Origin: Sulfolobales archaeon HS-7
GTDB taxonomy: Archaea > Thermoproteota > Thermoprotei_A > Sulfolobales > Sulfolobaceae
NCBI GenBank assembly: GCA_019704295.1
Contig: AP024596.1
Coordinates: forward strand, 448,001-512,000
DNA length: 64,000 nucleotides
Reading direction: 5' to 3'
The notes beneath the pieces were generated by a model. That model had not been told where the DNA came from. It searched no databases and saw nothing but the letters and a program-made list of their open reading frames with translations. Of the stretch, positions 43,288 to 55,192 are shown one piece after another (the stretch's first letter is position 1; every line of letters starts with the position of its first letter). The position numbers and the translations under genes are program-made.

Positions 43288-44131
43288 AAGGAATTTTTAC
43301 ACGCTTAACTAAAAATTTGTCTGATAATAATCTTTACATCGGTAGCAGTTAATCGGCGGACGACCCATACGTACCAGTAGATCCGAAATAATCTTTCTTT
43401 ATAATATTTAAATAACTATTATTAAGCGTGAAATCAGTAGATAAATGCTTACAGTGATGAACACGTATTATTTCGCTAGTGAGTTAACTAGTAATGCAAG
43501 TTTCTCGCCATATTAATTCTGATATTATCGTAAATTACCTTTTTCACCCTTAGAGTTTCAGGGAGAGAATTGATTTTTTGTGATAACTATGAGGCAAGCT
43601 ACTCTTCAGACAGTCCTTGACGGTGGCTTATAGGGGGTTAAGACCTCACGCTTAGTCTCCTAATTCAAATACTTACACCAGGAGAGGTAAAGATCTACAA
43701 CGAATTCAATGTATAAGGATAGAGAAGCCACAGGGTAACTTTCAGGCTAGTAGTCCGTAGGAGATATGATAGCGCGCGTTACATTACTAGGACAATTAAC
43801 CTCTTACTGACCGCCAGGAAAGATTATGACAAGACAGTAACTCAGATTGAAACATCTTATCAGGAACATAAAGTCCTTCCTAATACAACTTCCATTAAGC
43901 GTGCCTTCTGATTCTCAACCTTATTGTTAGCCGCGTTACGTTATTTACGTGTTGCAGAACTAGGGACAATTTTAGACACCCCTGAAGCTCGTGCAGAAAC
44001 TTAGGAGTAATGTAAACGGTTAGGATTTTTATAGAGATTACCTATACTCATGTGGTTTCAAAGTAGTCAGATTTTGAATCTATAGTAACGGAAAAGCTCT
44101 TCTCCTAACTCCCCCACTAAGATAAAGGAGA

Positions 44132-44920
44132 TTATTCATTGTCAGTGTCTATAATTTCTTTCATAACTATGTCAAAGATAGTATCTTCATTAATTCTATA
44201 AAGTGTTATTCTACAAACTTGCCCTAGTTCTTTTGGATCAATGTCCTTTTTATCGAATGCGATAGACTCCCCCTCTTTGAAGATGCTTAATTTTATTTCG
44301 CCTTTTCGTAACCCCGCAACGAACATTACGTTCCTGTCCGTTGATCTAGCTACTATTATACATGTATTTTTAGAGGCTTTGTTGCTGGCTAATAGGTTAT
44401 TTATTAAAGTACATTCCTGAACTATATCCCTATCAACGAAATTCGTTTTTACATCTGCTCTCATGATATTATATACCAATGAAGCCAATTCGAGCAGATT
44501 GGGTTTAATGTGCTTTATTATATGTTCTGCAGTAAGGTCAACCTTTCCAAAGAAGCTTCTCTCTAACATTAACGAAACCCTTATATCGACCAAGCATCCT
44601 ACACTGCTATCCATTACATTATAGGTTATCTCCCCTGTTGTTTTACCACTCTTCGTCCTAAATGAGTAGGTTATTGTCCGTTCTCCGCTCTTACTCTTAG
44701 TCATGTGTCCATAGACGGGCGGATCTACTTCGTTATCAGGAATTAGCAGGATCGAATACATACCGTTTTCCTCTTTAATCACGTTTATATGCCCTGAAGT
44801 CCCTATTGCTAGATATGGATTATTCAACGCTAGTATTACAAAGTTTGAAGGTATGTTGACTTCTATTCTATCCCTAACTACACTCGACATAACTCCATCC
44901 GCAAACTCAGTCCGTGCCAC
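44132..44920 (-). CDS. Hypothetical protein, possibly SRPBCC/START-like N-domain plus a second domain
   Basis: 262-aa ORF; L.NP near the start, then a beta-rich segment and C-terminal helix (AEHIIKHIKPNL). Confidence 0.6.
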   Translation of the reverse strand: MARTEFADGVMSSVVRDRIEVNIPSNFVILALNNPYLAIGTSGHINVIKEENGMYSILLIPDNEVDPPVYGHMTKSKSGERTITYSFRTKSGKTTGEITYNVMDSSVGCLVDIRVSLMLERSFFGKVDLTAEHIIKHIKPNLLELASLVYNIMRADVKTNFVDRDIVQECTLINNLLASNKASKNTCIIVARSTDRNVMFVAGLRKGEIKLSIFKEGESIAFDKKDIDPKELGQVCRITLYRINEDTIFDIVMKEIIDTDNE

Positions 44921-45122
44921 TTATTGTGATTAACACCTTGTAAATTTTTAACGTAATTTGAAAATTGTTCCCAAATGTGCACTTTCATGTAAAACAACGA
45001 AATAATCGCACGTTTACGTTCTCTTCTCGGCATGCTCATCGTTATAATGTTTTCATTAAAAAAATTTGCATCAGCGTTTGCGGGCCAATTAAAGTAGTGA
45101 TATTATTTTACCTTTCGCTTGA

Positions 45123-45484
45123 CAGTATAGAATCTACAATAAATGTTATTTACTTTAAAAACTAAATTGTAGGGGATGGAAATAACCCATATTACAATGA
45201 GAGATTAGGCTGATAATATAAGGATTACGAAGAGATTAAACGCCTTTGCTAACATCTAAGCTTAAAATATCTTGTCAAAACCTTAAGTAAACGTTAAAGT
45301 CGATACGCTGAAAACCTAGTTATTAGGCTTGATTCTTAAAAGATGTGGAATTTAGGTTAATGTACTGTTAATAACCTAATTCAGCGTTATTCTCTCGAAA
45401 TTAAGCGACTTTAATCCTGGACAGACATGTTTTATAACTTTTTAGTTTACCTAGCTTTTCACGTTAATTACGCAGTATAGAGTA
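45123..45484. mobile_element. ~360-bp MITE, copy 2 (eroded TIRs)
   Basis: Shares ATAAATGT.ATTTACTTTAAAAACTAAATT, GGATTACGA(A)GAGATTAAAC, TAAGCTTAAAATAT, AATTAAGCGA, ATAACTTTTTAGTTTA.CTAG in order with 21449-21809. Confidence 0.78.
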
Positions 45485-46981
45485 TTACGTATATTCCCAG
45501 ACTCCCCTTCCTTTGTAATTATAGACTATAGATTTGTAAGCAGTAACTAGCTCTACTGTATAGCCTATCCCTTCCCTTCCCGTACCAGAATCTCTTCTGC
45601 CTCCAAAGGGGAAATATCCTATTCCATGCCTCGGGAAATCGTTTATATATATAGCCCCTACTTCGAGGAGTCTTATTAGTCTCCTTATCTTGTTTATATC
45701 CTTTCCAAAAATAGCTGCGTCTAATCCATATCTCCTCTTATTTGACAATTCGATCGCCTTATCTAAATTAGCTACTTTTACTATTACCGCTATTGAAGCA
45801 AATACCTCCTTTTGGTATAAGTAGAGCTGCTCTAGATTGTCTGCCTCAATCAGAGTAGGCTGGATATAGTTTCTATCTCTTGTTCCTCCGTATAATACCC
45901 GTGCCCCCTTCGCCTTGGCATCATTAATTGCATTCTCAAACTCGATTGCTGTCTTCTCATCAATGAGGGGTCCCATTGTAACTCCTGGTACTCGCGGATC
46001 CCCTACCTTATTCTTAGCCAAATTGTTCACAATCTGGTTCTTCAATTCCTCATATATGCCAGGTTCCGAGAATATGAACTTTATTGAATCGCATCTTTGC
46101 CCCGAATAACTAGTTATACCAGTTGCTATCCTTTCTCCAGCCCATTCAACATCAGCATCGTCAAGGACTATAACTGGATCACCGCCCCCTAATTCCATTA
46201 TAAATTGTTTGATACCAGCGTTTTTCATGACCTCTAAGCCGGTTTCCGTACTTCCCGTTAGCGAAATCACGCTAATTCTATTATCTGCAACTAACGAGTT
46301 GGCTTCCTTCCCAGGGAGAGTTACTATGGAGAGTGACTCCTTCGGAAACCCAGCCTCCTCCAAAACCTGAGCAAACATCAAAACAGGAAGGGGGGTTGAT
46401 GATGGGGGTTTTACCACAACCGCGTTCCCTGCTATTGATGAATAGGCTATCTTATTTACAGTATCCATTAATGGGTAATTAAAGGGTATTATGCCCAATA
46501 CTATTCCGTAAGGTTCTCTTCTAACTACCGCCTCTGTTTCAAGCGACTCCCTAGACCAATCCCCAGGCACGTACTCTCCGTAGATCTTTCTAACATCCAA
46601 CTGCGTTTTCCTGAGCCTTTCTATTGATGCCATTACCTCACCATTGGCCGCTGCGGGGATCTTTCCATTATTTTTTACTAGAACTTCTACAAAGTCGTCT
46701 TTTCTCTCTTCGAGGATATCCGCAGCCTTCGAGAAAATTTCTATTCTCTCCTCTCCAGGAATATCGCGTATCCTTCTCCTGCCCTTCTCATACATCAATT
46801 GTAGGTAGGTAGAGAATTCTGCAAAAGATATTCTAGGTATCCTCGCTAATGGAGTGAGATCTATAGGACTTTTCACTTCTATACTTTCCTTACCTGGATA
46901 CCACGTCCCTCCTAGATATACCCTAAATAGAGGTATTTCGCCTTCGTCGACCTTCCATTTATAACTGAGATTTAACTGCAT
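45485..46981 (-). CDS. gapN: Non-phosphorylating NADP-dependent glyceraldehyde-3-phosphate dehydrogenase
   Basis: ALDH motifs PFNYP, LTGS, ELGGGD, GQRC; GAPN-type [20 protein letters not shown]. Confidence 0.92.
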   Translation of the reverse strand: MQLNLSYKWKVDEGEIPLFRVYLGGTWYPGKESIEVKSPIDLTPLARIPRISFAEFSTYLQLMYEKGRRRIRDIPGEERIEIFSKAADILEERKDDFVEVLVKNNGKIPAAANGEVMASIERLRKTQLDVRKIYGEYVPGDWSRESLETEAVVRREPYGIVLGIIPFNYPLMDTVNKIAYSSIAGNAVVVKPPSSTPLPVLMFAQVLEEAGFPKESLSIVTLPGKEANSLVADNRISVISLTGSTETGLEVMKNAGIKQFIMELGGGDPVIVLDDADVEWAGERIATGITSYSGQRCDSIKFIFSEPGIYEELKNQIVNNLAKNKVGDPRVPGVTMGPLIDEKTAIEFENAINDAKAKGARVLYGGTRDRNYIQPTLIEADNLEQLYLYQKEVFASIAVIVKVANLDKAIELSNKRRYGLDAAIFGKDINKIRRLIRLLEVGAIYINDFPRHGIGYFPFGGRRDSGTGREGIGYTVELVTAYKSIVYNYKGRGVWEYT

Positions 46982-47016
46982 TGAACTTTATCACCTTCGA
47001 TAACGTAATAAACTTA

Positions 47017-47523
47017 ATGGAAAGAGTTCTAATTACAGGGAGACCTGGCGTAGGTAAAACTACTATAATACTTAAGGTAATTGAACTTTTGAATAAAGAA
47101 AGGATTAGAGTTGGAGGATTTGTGTGCCCCGAAATAAGGAGTTTCAGGAGGAGGGAGGGATTTAAGATAATTGATGTTATGACAAATGAACAGGAGTGGC
47201 TAGCAAGAGTTGGAAACGGTAAGAACTCTTATGGCCGATATATCATCAATGAAAAAGCAGGTGAAGTTGGATTTAATGCTGTAAGAAGAGCAATAGACGA
47301 CTCAGCCGTAATAATCATTGATGAGATAGGTCCAATGGAGCTTACTATACCGTTCCTAAGGCGAGCTATAGACATTGCCTTTCAGTCTGACAGAAGTGTT
47401 GTAGGGGTTATTCATAGAAATGTCAATATTCCGTATAAATTCGTGAAGATACCTGTTGACGAGAGAAATAGAGATACACTCCCTAGAAGAATAGTAGAAA
47501 TTATAACTGCGTTAAGACAGTAA
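47017..47523 (+). CDS. NTPase (THEP1 family)
   Basis: ITGRPGVGKTT, GGF, IIDEIGPMEL; start set at the ATG at 47017. Confidence 0.92.
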   Translation: MERVLITGRPGVGKTTIILKVIELLNKERIRVGGFVCPEIRSFRRREGFKIIDVMTNEQEWLARVGNGKNSYGRYIINEKAGEVGFNAVRRAIDDSAVIIIDEIGPMELTIPFLRRAIDIAFQSDRSVVGVIHRNVNIPYKFVKIPVDERNRDTLPRRIVEIITALRQ

Positions 47524-48200
47524 TATGTGTTATACTGTACTCAAAAACATTGCTATGTCCAATTCGTAAAAAGCGTAAAAAGTTATATAAAATAAAAAGT
47601 TATACGTCTATATATTACTAAATTCGTTTAATTATAAGAACGATAAATAATATAAAATCAATTTATTAAGTATAGTAATATGTGATTACGCAATTCTCAA
47701 GAACCACGCTGGAAAAAGACCTTTCCTAACGAGATAAGTTTTGGCATGCTAACGGTCTTAAACCGTTATTTGTTATAGGTTTAAGAGGTTAGTAAACGTG
47801 TTTGACCTTTGGAAGTTCACCTGATTATCGTCTTAATGAGTCCTGCAAGTAGAGCTATTACTATATCCCTAAATTTAGTTCTTTAAGCTAAGATTTGTTA
47901 AAAATTAGACGTTATCTCGTGAAAATGGATTCAGCCTTCAAAGACAGCATTAACAGCGATTTCCCTAAGTTTCATAAAGTTCTTTACTATATATCCACAT
48001 ATGTAATTTAAGAAATACCGATTACGACTAAGGGATTATGTGTAATTAGGAGAAATCGCCATGAAATTAAATATTGACGATACTTTCTTAAATTTCCGAG
48101 TTTTACTATTGCGAAAAGTAACTAAGAGCTTTCGATTCCGATAAGGTGTAATAGTATCTGTTAGTTGTAAAAAACGAAAATACCGCATTGCTTTGATTTC

Positions 48201-48330
48201 ACTCATAAATCATTTAATATATACTATATATATATATTATTCACACTCATAAATCATTTAATATATACTATATATATATATTATTCACACTCATAAATCA
48301 TTTAATATATACTATATATATATTATTCAC
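48201..48330. repeat. Tandem triplication (44+44+42 bp) of the glycerate kinase 3' end
   Basis: Unit ACTCATAAATCATTTAATATATAC(TA)nTTATTCAC with n=6,6,5. Confidence 0.92.
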
Positions 48331-49515
48331 ATTAGTTCCCGTACTTCCAGTTTTAATACACCTATTGTTAACCTCAAAATATGCATAGGTGTTACTACTC
48401 TCTAGGTAATCCTTAACATCGACTTCATCTACCCACATATCGCCTAGGGATACTCCTGCATAATCACTATTCCCATCAATTCCATCTGTCGCAAAAGCTA
48501 TTAGGCCGTAATTAACTCCTTTCCTGACTGTTGTAATGAAACCAATCCCTAATTCACTGTTCCTTCCCCCTACTCCTTTTCCCCTTACTGTTACATCGGG
48601 TTCTCCACCCAATAAAAGGGTTGCTGGAGATTTATGAGGCACCTTGTAATCGTGAATCGAATTAACAATTGATGCAATGAATTTACCTGCCTCTACTGCC
48701 TCGCCCTGTAACTCTGAACCTAAAATAAACGAATTACTTAATTCATTCGCTAATCTAGATAATACTTTGAAGTTATTTAATATGATGTAGTTTCTAACGT
48801 TCTTTAATTCCTTAGGTGTTTCCCCAAGCTCAGCTTGAACCTTTAATAGGAAGTTCTTAAGTTGGTTATCTCCTATTCTCTCTGCTATCCGTATAGCATC
48901 ATGATAAGATGTTGGATCTGGGGCTGTAATACCTCCGCCAATAGTACTCACATCGTCACCAGGAACGTCGCTAACAATCAGGGACACTACCTGTTTCTTT
49001 GTAGATGAAAACATCCTCCCACCTTTAACAAGGGAAAGATGCTTCCTAACTGTATTTATTTTCCATATATCGAGACCTGATCTTATAAGACGATAGTTAA
49101 TCCTTATGTAGTCCTCCAAGGGAATTGCCGGATTCTCTACCATTGCTGACGCTCCTCCGCTAATTAGAAACAGCAGTAGGTCGTAATCATCAGAATTAAT
49201 GAGTTCTGATATTCTCAATGCAGCCCTAACGCTATTCTCACTTACATTAGGATGAGTTGAGAGAATGTTTTCTACACCAGGAGTTTTCTCGCCTAAACTT
49301 ACAGAAACTACCTTAGCGTTTTCAAATTTTTCAATCGCCCACTTGGCCATTTTATGAGACGCCTTGCCTAAAGAGACTATTAAGGGGTGCTTCGTTAGAT
49401 AAAAATCATTTCCAATACTTAAACCATCTCTCCTTACCCTTACGGACTCTTCAAGCGCTGCATAAGGATCGGAATAACGTAATATTTTACTCAATATTTC
49501 GTTTTCTTCTACCAT
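48298..49515 (-). CDS. Glycerate 2-kinase (MOFRL family)
   Basis: LGKA, LISGGASA, NTVRKHLS.VKGG, SDVPGDD, GGRN.E, TDGIDG, TGTNVN. Confidence 0.92.
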   Translation of the reverse strand: MVEENEILSKILRYSDPYAALEESVRVRRDGLSIGNDFYLTKHPLIVSLGKASHKMAKWAIEKFENAKVVSVSLGEKTPGVENILSTHPNVSENSVRAALRISELINSDDYDLLLFLISGGASAMVENPAIPLEDYIRINYRLIRSGLDIWKINTVRKHLSLVKGGRMFSSTKKQVVSLIVSDVPGDDVSTIGGGITAPDPTSYHDAIRIAERIGDNQLKNFLLKVQAELGETPKELKNVRNYIILNNFKVLSRLANELSNSFILGSELQGEAVEAGKFIASIVNSIHDYKVPHKSPATLLLGGEPDVTVRGKGVGGRNSELGIGFITTVRKGVNYGLIAFATDGIDGNSDYAGVSLGDMWVDEVDVKDYLESSNTYAYFEVNNRCIKTGSTGTNVNNIYIVYIK

Positions 49516-49527
49516 TGTACAACATTC

Positions 49528-50739
49528 TTACATAAGTGGATTAAATGGACTATCCAGTGCACCTATAATCTGCCTCAAGTTTTCCCCTGAAAACAGTTTA
49601 CCCTTTCTTATAACGTAAACCATATTACTTGGATGTAATCCAAGAGCGTCATTAAAACTTCTAAATATAGCTACATCAGCGGGATAACCGTTTTCTATTC
49701 TACCTCCTTTTATCCCTAAGCATTCAGCGGCAACAGAAGTCGCGCTAGCTAGGGCCTTTTCTAATGGCATATATCTTGCGAGGAGTACTATTTCCTTGTA
49801 GTTCATCCCGTTTGGTCTAGTTGGGGAGCCCACGAAATCCGTACCAGCCGCTATCTTCAGTCTTTCATCAACAGCGATCCTCATATCCTCGGAAAAGTGT
49901 CTTTTTACAAGGTCCTCTCTCCTTTTCCTTACCTCTCTGTCTACAATCCTCGATATTTCAAGAGGGACGTCGTAAGTAGCTAGGGTCGGTACATAGCATA
50001 TTCCTTTTCTTCTGATCTCTTTTGCCAAAGACTCGGTGATCCCTAGACCGTGTTCAATTGTATCAACAGAAGCCTCAACTACGTTAGATATAGCCTCCTC
50101 TCCGTAAGCATGAGCTGCAACTTTCAGCCCCGCTCTATGAGCTTCATGAACTATTGCTTTGAAATCATCAACAGTTAAAGCAGGTTTGGGATTTCCCGAC
50201 TGAGAAAAACCCCCGGACGCGTAAACCTTAATTACCTCAGCACCTTGTCTTATTGCGAGTCTTACGGCTTTCCTGCATTCATTAGGAGAATCACAATAGA
50301 AGGAATAAGACAACCTTTGTGCTATATCTAATGGCAGAACTCGTGGGTCGTCGTTTCCTCCCGTTTCTGCCAGTGAGTAGCCAGAGGCTATTACTCTAGG
50401 ACCTATAATCGATCCTTCCCTTTCCGCCAGGCTAAGGTGAATAGCGGCTTTGCTTCCAAGATCTCTAACAGTAGTGAAGCCTGCGGCTAAAAGTTTCAGC
50501 ATATCAAGAGTGCTCCTTGCAGTACTTAGACCTTCTGGAGTTAGATTCCATTCCAGCAGATTGTCATTTAAAACCCCGAAAAAATGCATATGACTGTCAA
50601 TGAGACCTGGAAGTGCCACGTAATTTCCCTTAAGCTCTTCCTTTTCCCCGTCACCAGTAGATATTATATCTCCAACTACTGAAAATTCCATTTCTTCGAC
50701 AAACTTCTCCCCATTAAATACTTTCCCTACGTATTTCAT
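49528..50739 (-). CDS. Metal-dependent amidohydrolase (Xaa-Pro dipeptidase-like)
   Basis: PGLIDSHMH, GFTTVRDLG, IKV, AHA, IEHG, AGTD. Confidence 0.9.
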   Translation of the reverse strand: MKYVGKVFNGEKFVEEMEFSVVGDIISTGDGEKEELKGNYVALPGLIDSHMHFFGVLNDNLLEWNLTPEGLSTARSTLDMLKLLAAGFTTVRDLGSKAAIHLSLAEREGSIIGPRVIASGYSLAETGGNDDPRVLPLDIAQRLSYSFYCDSPNECRKAVRLAIRQGAEVIKVYASGGFSQSGNPKPALTVDDFKAIVHEAHRAGLKVAAHAYGEEAISNVVEASVDTIEHGLGITESLAKEIRRKGICYVPTLATYDVPLEISRIVDREVRKRREDLVKRHFSEDMRIAVDERLKIAAGTDFVGSPTRPNGMNYKEIVLLARYMPLEKALASATSVAAECLGIKGGRIENGYPADVAIFRSFNDALGLHPSNMVYVIRKGKLFSGENLRQIIGALDSPFNPLM

Positions 50740-50772
50740 CCAATATACTTCGTAACGGATAAGAATATAAGT

Positions 50773-50830
50773 TATATACTAGATTAATACACACTAACAT
50801 CTATATACTAGATTATTACACACTAACATC
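50773..50830. repeat. 29-bp tandem duplication
   Basis: TATATACTAGATTA[A/T]TACACACTAACATC x2, one mismatch. Confidence 0.9.
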
Positions 50831-51006
50831 CAAGTTAGCGAACGGGAAATACGTGATACTTTATACATGTTTTATATCTAATTTTTAAAATATTAATTTT
50901 GTATTTAGAGAAAAATTAGTATTTACTAATTATAAATAATTCATTAGAAGAGTTTTACCCAAGTTCGCACAGGATATTTTTATTTCACGTTATATGTTGT
51001 ATTCTT

Positions 51007-51336
51007 ATGGAGTTTAAATTTAAAATATGGATTGAAGAGAATGGTAACTTTGTGCTAGGGAAGGGAGGGTATCAAATATTAAAGGAGATACAGAAAACAG
51101 GATATATTACGGAAGCAGCAAAAAATTTAGGGATGTCGTATAAATTCGCTTGGGAGTACGTTAAGAGAGTCAATAGGATAGAACAGCTCAAGACTAAGAA
51201 AGGAGTCAAAGGAGGCACCGAAATCCCTGAAAAGATCAATAAAATTTTACAGTTATACGAAATGGCAGAGAAGGAAGTAAATGACGTCCTAAAAAAGTAC
51301 GATAAAATGTTATCCGAGATTATCGAAGGCCCTTAA
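51007..51336 (+). CDS. ModE-like winged-helix regulator (no molybdate-binding domain)
   Basis: KIWIE..G..VLGKG..L..I..G.I..AAK.LGMSYKFAW, GG. Confidence 0.85.
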   Translation: MEFKFKIWIEENGNFVLGKGGYQILKEIQKTGYITEAAKNLGMSYKFAWEYVKRVNRIEQLKTKKGVKGGTEIPEKINKILQLYEMAEKEVNDVLKKYDKMLSEIIEGP

Positions 51337-51999
51337 AGCACCGTCTACCATATCCCTTAATACTGCCTCCGGATCTTTCGAGAGCATAAAAGCAGAGGCC
51401 AAGCCAACTCCATCAGCCCCTAATTTTATTGCCTCATAGACATCTGCTCCGCTAGTTATTCCAGCCCCTGCTATTAGAATTACATCTGGAGTTTTCTTAA
51501 CCTCATCTACAGCTCTTGTGATTAATTCAGGTCTTTCCTTAGATATGGCTTTTCCTTTTCCTATAAGCTCGGGCGGCTCAATTAATATAGCTGAAGGACT
51601 TAGAATTGCAATAGGGTGAACTAGTTCGTAATGCTGTAGGCATACTACAGATTCTAATCCGTTCTCCTTAAGCCTCTTTATCGTTCCTACTACGGCGTCT
51701 ATTGTTATTCTATGTTCGGAATGATTAATTAGAGCGCCTTTAGCCCCGGCGTCTTTTATCATCTCAGGCAGGATATATCCGGTATAAGCTCCTAATTGGA
51801 AGTGTTCTACATGTTGGGCAAAAATTGGATTTTCCACTGACTGGGAAATCCTGAATATTTCAGTAAAGGGAACAGCTAATATTACCTCTATGGATCTTTC
51901 TCTGCTAACCTTCTCAGCAATCTTCGCCAATTTTAACGCATCTTTACCATATGATAACGGATAAGCCTTAAAGTTAAGAATGATAGATGGCCTTTTCAC
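51310..51999 (-). CDS. tpiA: Triosephosphate isomerase (archaeal type)
   Basis: LNFKAY, AQHV, INHSEHR, IEPPELIG, GAGI, LASA. Confidence 0.95.
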   Translation of the reverse strand: MKRPSIILNFKAYPLSYGKDALKLAKIAEKVSRERSIEVILAVPFTEIFRISQSVENPIFAQHVEHFQLGAYTGYILPEMIKDAGAKGALINHSEHRITIDAVVGTIKRLKENGLESVVCLQHYELVHPIAILSPSAILIEPPELIGKGKAISKERPELITRAVDEVKKTPDVILIAGAGITSGADVYEAIKLGADGVGLASAFMLSKDPEAVLRDMVDGALRAFDNLG

Positions 52000-52029
52000 A
52001 AAGTGAAAATGATAAAAAAGTATATAACG

Positions 52030-53571
52030 TTACATTAATTTTTGGAGCTCCTCTTCCTTTACCTCGCTCTGTGTCTTATAACCTAGCGCAATTGCCATTA
52101 GTGTACCAACTATTGCAACGACAACGTTAATCGCAAGAGATGTTAAACCTATATACACAGGTCCTATTCCTGGAATAGCATATGTTGAAGACTTAAGAAG
52201 TCCAAAATGATTTGCAACTAATGTTAAGTACACTCCGCTAAACATTCCAGCAACCCAACCCGCAATTAATCCGTATTTGTTAAACCATTTTGTGTAAAGT
52301 CCTAAAAATACTGCAGGTGTAGTCTGGAGTATGATTATACCCCCCAATAGCTGGAGTTCTATTGAAAACTCTGCTGAAATTGCAAACACGAATGCAAGGG
52401 CAATAAACTTTATCACTGCAGACAGCCACTTACTTAAAGTAGCCTCGCCTTTAGGTGACATATCCCTCTTGAACTCCTTTACTACGTTTCTTGTTAGGAG
52501 GTTTGCAGACGCTATCGCCATTATGGCGGCTGGAACTAATCCTCCTATGAAAATACCTAATAATGCAAAGCCAGCAACTGGAGCGGGAAGTTCTTGAACT
52601 ACTAGTGTTGGAACGACAAGCAAGGCCCCTGAACTCCCAAAGAGTTTGATCACGTTGAGGGCGCTTGGAAAAGCGTAGATCAGTATACCCAATAGGGTAA
52701 TGAACGCTAATCCAACGCCATAAAGCGGTAAAAGAGATGTTGCCCATCTAAGATTTTGTCTGCTATCTGCACTAAGTGAGCCGTTTACTGCGTGTGGGTA
52801 CAAATAGAGGGCTATCGCACTACCAATGGCTAAACTTAAAAACGCCGAAGACGCGACTGGTGGGAGAGTTAGTGCCTTAGGATCTGACGCGAGTGCCTGA
52901 GAAAACGCATGGGGATTTGTTAGAAACACTACTGCTAATAAAATAATTAACGAGGAGTATATTACAGCGTCCTTAAATATAGCGGTTAAAGTTGCTCCTC
53001 TTAAACCACTAGTAAAGGTAAAAGCTGCAAGTATTATAAAGGCTATTATAAGTGATATCTCTGAGACTAAATGTATACTACTAAAGTAGCCATAAAGCAT
53101 TACGTCTAGAGCTGCTTCCATGCCCACAATTTGGAGTGCTATGTAGGGGAGCTCTGCAACTACTCCAGTTAAAGCTATCAATATAGCTAATGTTCCGCTG
53201 TTAAATCGATCTCTAACGAAATCGGCTGCGGTAACATAGCCCTTATTTCTCGAAACCGTCCATAGTCTCGACATTGTGAGTAGAGCTATTGGAAACGTAA
53301 TTGCAACATAAGGAATTGCGAAAAAGGCAAGACCTCCAGAAGTATAGGCAAGTTCTGGAACGGCTATAAATGTGTAAGCGGTATAAAGATCTGCTCCAAT
53401 CAAGAACCAGGCCAGTAATATACCCAACCGCCTTCCTGCTAGCGCCCACTCATGAAGTGTAGATAAGTCCGCCCTCCTCCACCTAGAACCATAAAATCCT
53501 AAGAAAACGAAGACCCCAAATAATACCAAAAATACAATCCATCCATATATGCCTAACAGCACTTCCGTCAC
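52030..53571 (-). CDS. Sodium:solute symporter family protein
   Basis: [36 protein letters not shown]. Confidence 0.92.
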   Translation of the reverse strand: MTEVLLGIYGWIVFLVLFGVFVFLGFYGSRWRRADLSTLHEWALAGRRLGILLAWFLIGADLYTAYTFIAVPELAYTSGGLAFFAIPYVAITFPIALLTMSRLWTVSRNKGYVTAADFVRDRFNSGTLAILIALTGVVAELPYIALQIVGMEAALDVMLYGYFSSIHLVSEISLIIAFIILAAFTFTSGLRGATLTAIFKDAVIYSSLIILLAVVFLTNPHAFSQALASDPKALTLPPVASSAFLSLAIGSAIALYLYPHAVNGSLSADSRQNLRWATSLLPLYGVGLAFITLLGILIYAFPSALNVIKLFGSSGALLVVPTLVVQELPAPVAGFALLGIFIGGLVPAAIMAIASANLLTRNVVKEFKRDMSPKGEATLSKWLSAVIKFIALAFVFAISAEFSIELQLLGGIIILQTTPAVFLGLYTKWFNKYGLIAGWVAGMFSGVYLTLVANHFGLLKSSTYAIPGIGPVYIGLTSLAINVVVAIVGTLMAIALGYKTQSEVKEEELQKLM

Positions 53572-53577
53572 TGCAGA

Positions 53578-53766
53578 CTACCCCCTTAATAATAACGCGC
53601 CAAGAACCATAGTAACCGTTGTTACTAAAAGACCAACGATTTGATACCAATAGAAGAATGATAGACCCCCTAACTCTGGGTTAACCCTATTATATAGAGG
53701 AAGCGGTAGATAATAAACTAAGGGAATTACAAAAAGTATTCCTGCAATAATATATCTTAGTTTCAT
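53578..53766 (-). CDS. DUF3311 small membrane protein (symporter partner)
   Basis: YNRVNP.LGGL.FFYWYQ, directly upstream of the SSS gene. Confidence 0.85.
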   Translation of the reverse strand: MKLRYIIAGILFVIPLVYYLPLPLYNRVNPELGGLSFFYWYQIVGLLVTTVTMVLGALLLRG

Positions 53767-54052
53767 TAGTTTATAGGATATCGGAAGTTATATATAAATC
53801 TAAACGGTTATTAACTATTATTACTAATTTCTACAATGAAATTATAAGATTAGTAATAAATATTATTAGATTTATATTAGTCCAAAATTTCGTCTTAATA
53901 ATCTTTTCAAGTAAAGATAAATTTAGTAGATTTTAAAGAAAGAGATTGGCCTACACGAAAATTTCTAGACAGGTTAGGATAGCAGCACTTTTTTCTCAAC
54001 TAAGCATATTAAAGTCCTATAGCATTCTTATAATGCGCATCAGATTTTTATA

Positions 54053-55192
54053 ATGTTATTCAAAAACTTATTGATGAATTTCTTAACGATTGTAATGCTG
54101 ATTGGTATTAGCGCGTGGACGCCTTACTCCTTTCTAGTTACAATAGGTGCCATTATCTCTCCGTTCTATAGAACCAAAAAAGGGGAGAAAAAGGCTACTA
54201 ACGTGGAGTTTGTTATAATAACAATCGCATCAAGGAAAGTTAAAAACTCGCTAACGGAAACACTTAGAATGATAGAGAGATATTATCTAGAAGGCTATAA
54301 AATCTGGGTAGTTATTGAGGAAAAAGCGGAATTAAGTGATGAGCTTAGTAAAATGAAATGGATTAATTTGGTCAAAGTGCCTAACGAATATAAAAAGAAT
54401 TTAAAAGGTAAAGGTAGAGCACTTGCGTATTTTACCAGGTTTTATAGTACTCCAGATAAGTGGTACGCATTTTTGGACGACGATAACGTTATTCTTAACG
54501 ATGATTTCCTTTATGAAATACCTATTTATGAGAAAAAAGGATATCAAATAGCAAATCCGATTTTAGTTCCTCGGAAAGGTAAGAACGGAATTACGTATAT
54601 TCTTGATCACTTAAGACTTTTTGACGATCTTACGATAAGTAGGCTCTTCACGGGTGTAGTAGGAAAGCCTTTATTCAACTTCCACGGTGAACTCCTGTTG
54701 GCTAAGGGATCCCTACTGCAACAACTCGTCGAGGTAGTGGATAAGACCATAGCAGAGGATTTCGCATTAGCCCTTAAATCATTGACATCGAACGTTAGAT
54801 CGTGGCAGTCGAGAACCAGAGTAAGTATAAAGTCGCCTAATAGCATACGGGATTTGATTGGTCAGAGGGGAAGATGGTATAAGGGTATTGTCCAGAATTT
54901 TTCTCAACTCTCATCCATATTCTCTTTAATTACTGCACTCGCTATTTTGACATGGAAAATAGGAATGATACTAGGGATTGTACTTTTTCCCTTAATGATC
55001 ATAGAGAGAAATCCTTTACTTCTTACCATATTACCTGGCATTATATACACATGGTCTGCATATCTTTATGGGAGCCTCAGATATGAAAGACCCGTGTTTA
55101 TATTAGGTATACTTTTTTATCCGATACTTGAGAGTGTAGCTGTTTTTGGGATGATGGTTACGAATAAATTCTACGTAATTGACAAAACTTGA
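54053..55192 (+). CDS. GT2-family membrane glycosyltransferase
   Basis: KGRAL, FLDDD, AEDF, QRGRW. Confidence 0.85.
   Translation: MLFKNLLMNFLTIVMLIGISAWTPYSFLVTIGAIISPFYRTKKGEKKATNVEFVIITIASRKVKNSLTETLRMIERYYLEGYKIWVVIEEKAELSDELSKMKWINLVKVPNEYKKNLKGKGRALAYFTRFYSTPDKWYAFLDDDNVILNDDFLYEIPIYEKKGYQIANPILVPRKGKNGITYILDHLRLFDDLTISRLFTGVVGKPLFNFHGELLLAKGSLLQQLVEVVDKTIAEDFALALKSLTSNVRSWQSRTRVSIKSPNSIRDLIGQRGRWYKGIVQNFSQLSSIFSLITALAILTWKIGMILGIVLFPLMIIERNPLLLTILPGIIYTWSAYLYGSLRYERPVFILGILFYPILESVAVFGMMVTNKFYVIDKT

Noticed and set aside
48201-48330. Possible CRISPR array
   Set aside because: Units are contiguous with no spacers, duplicate a gene end, and there are no cas genes in the window.
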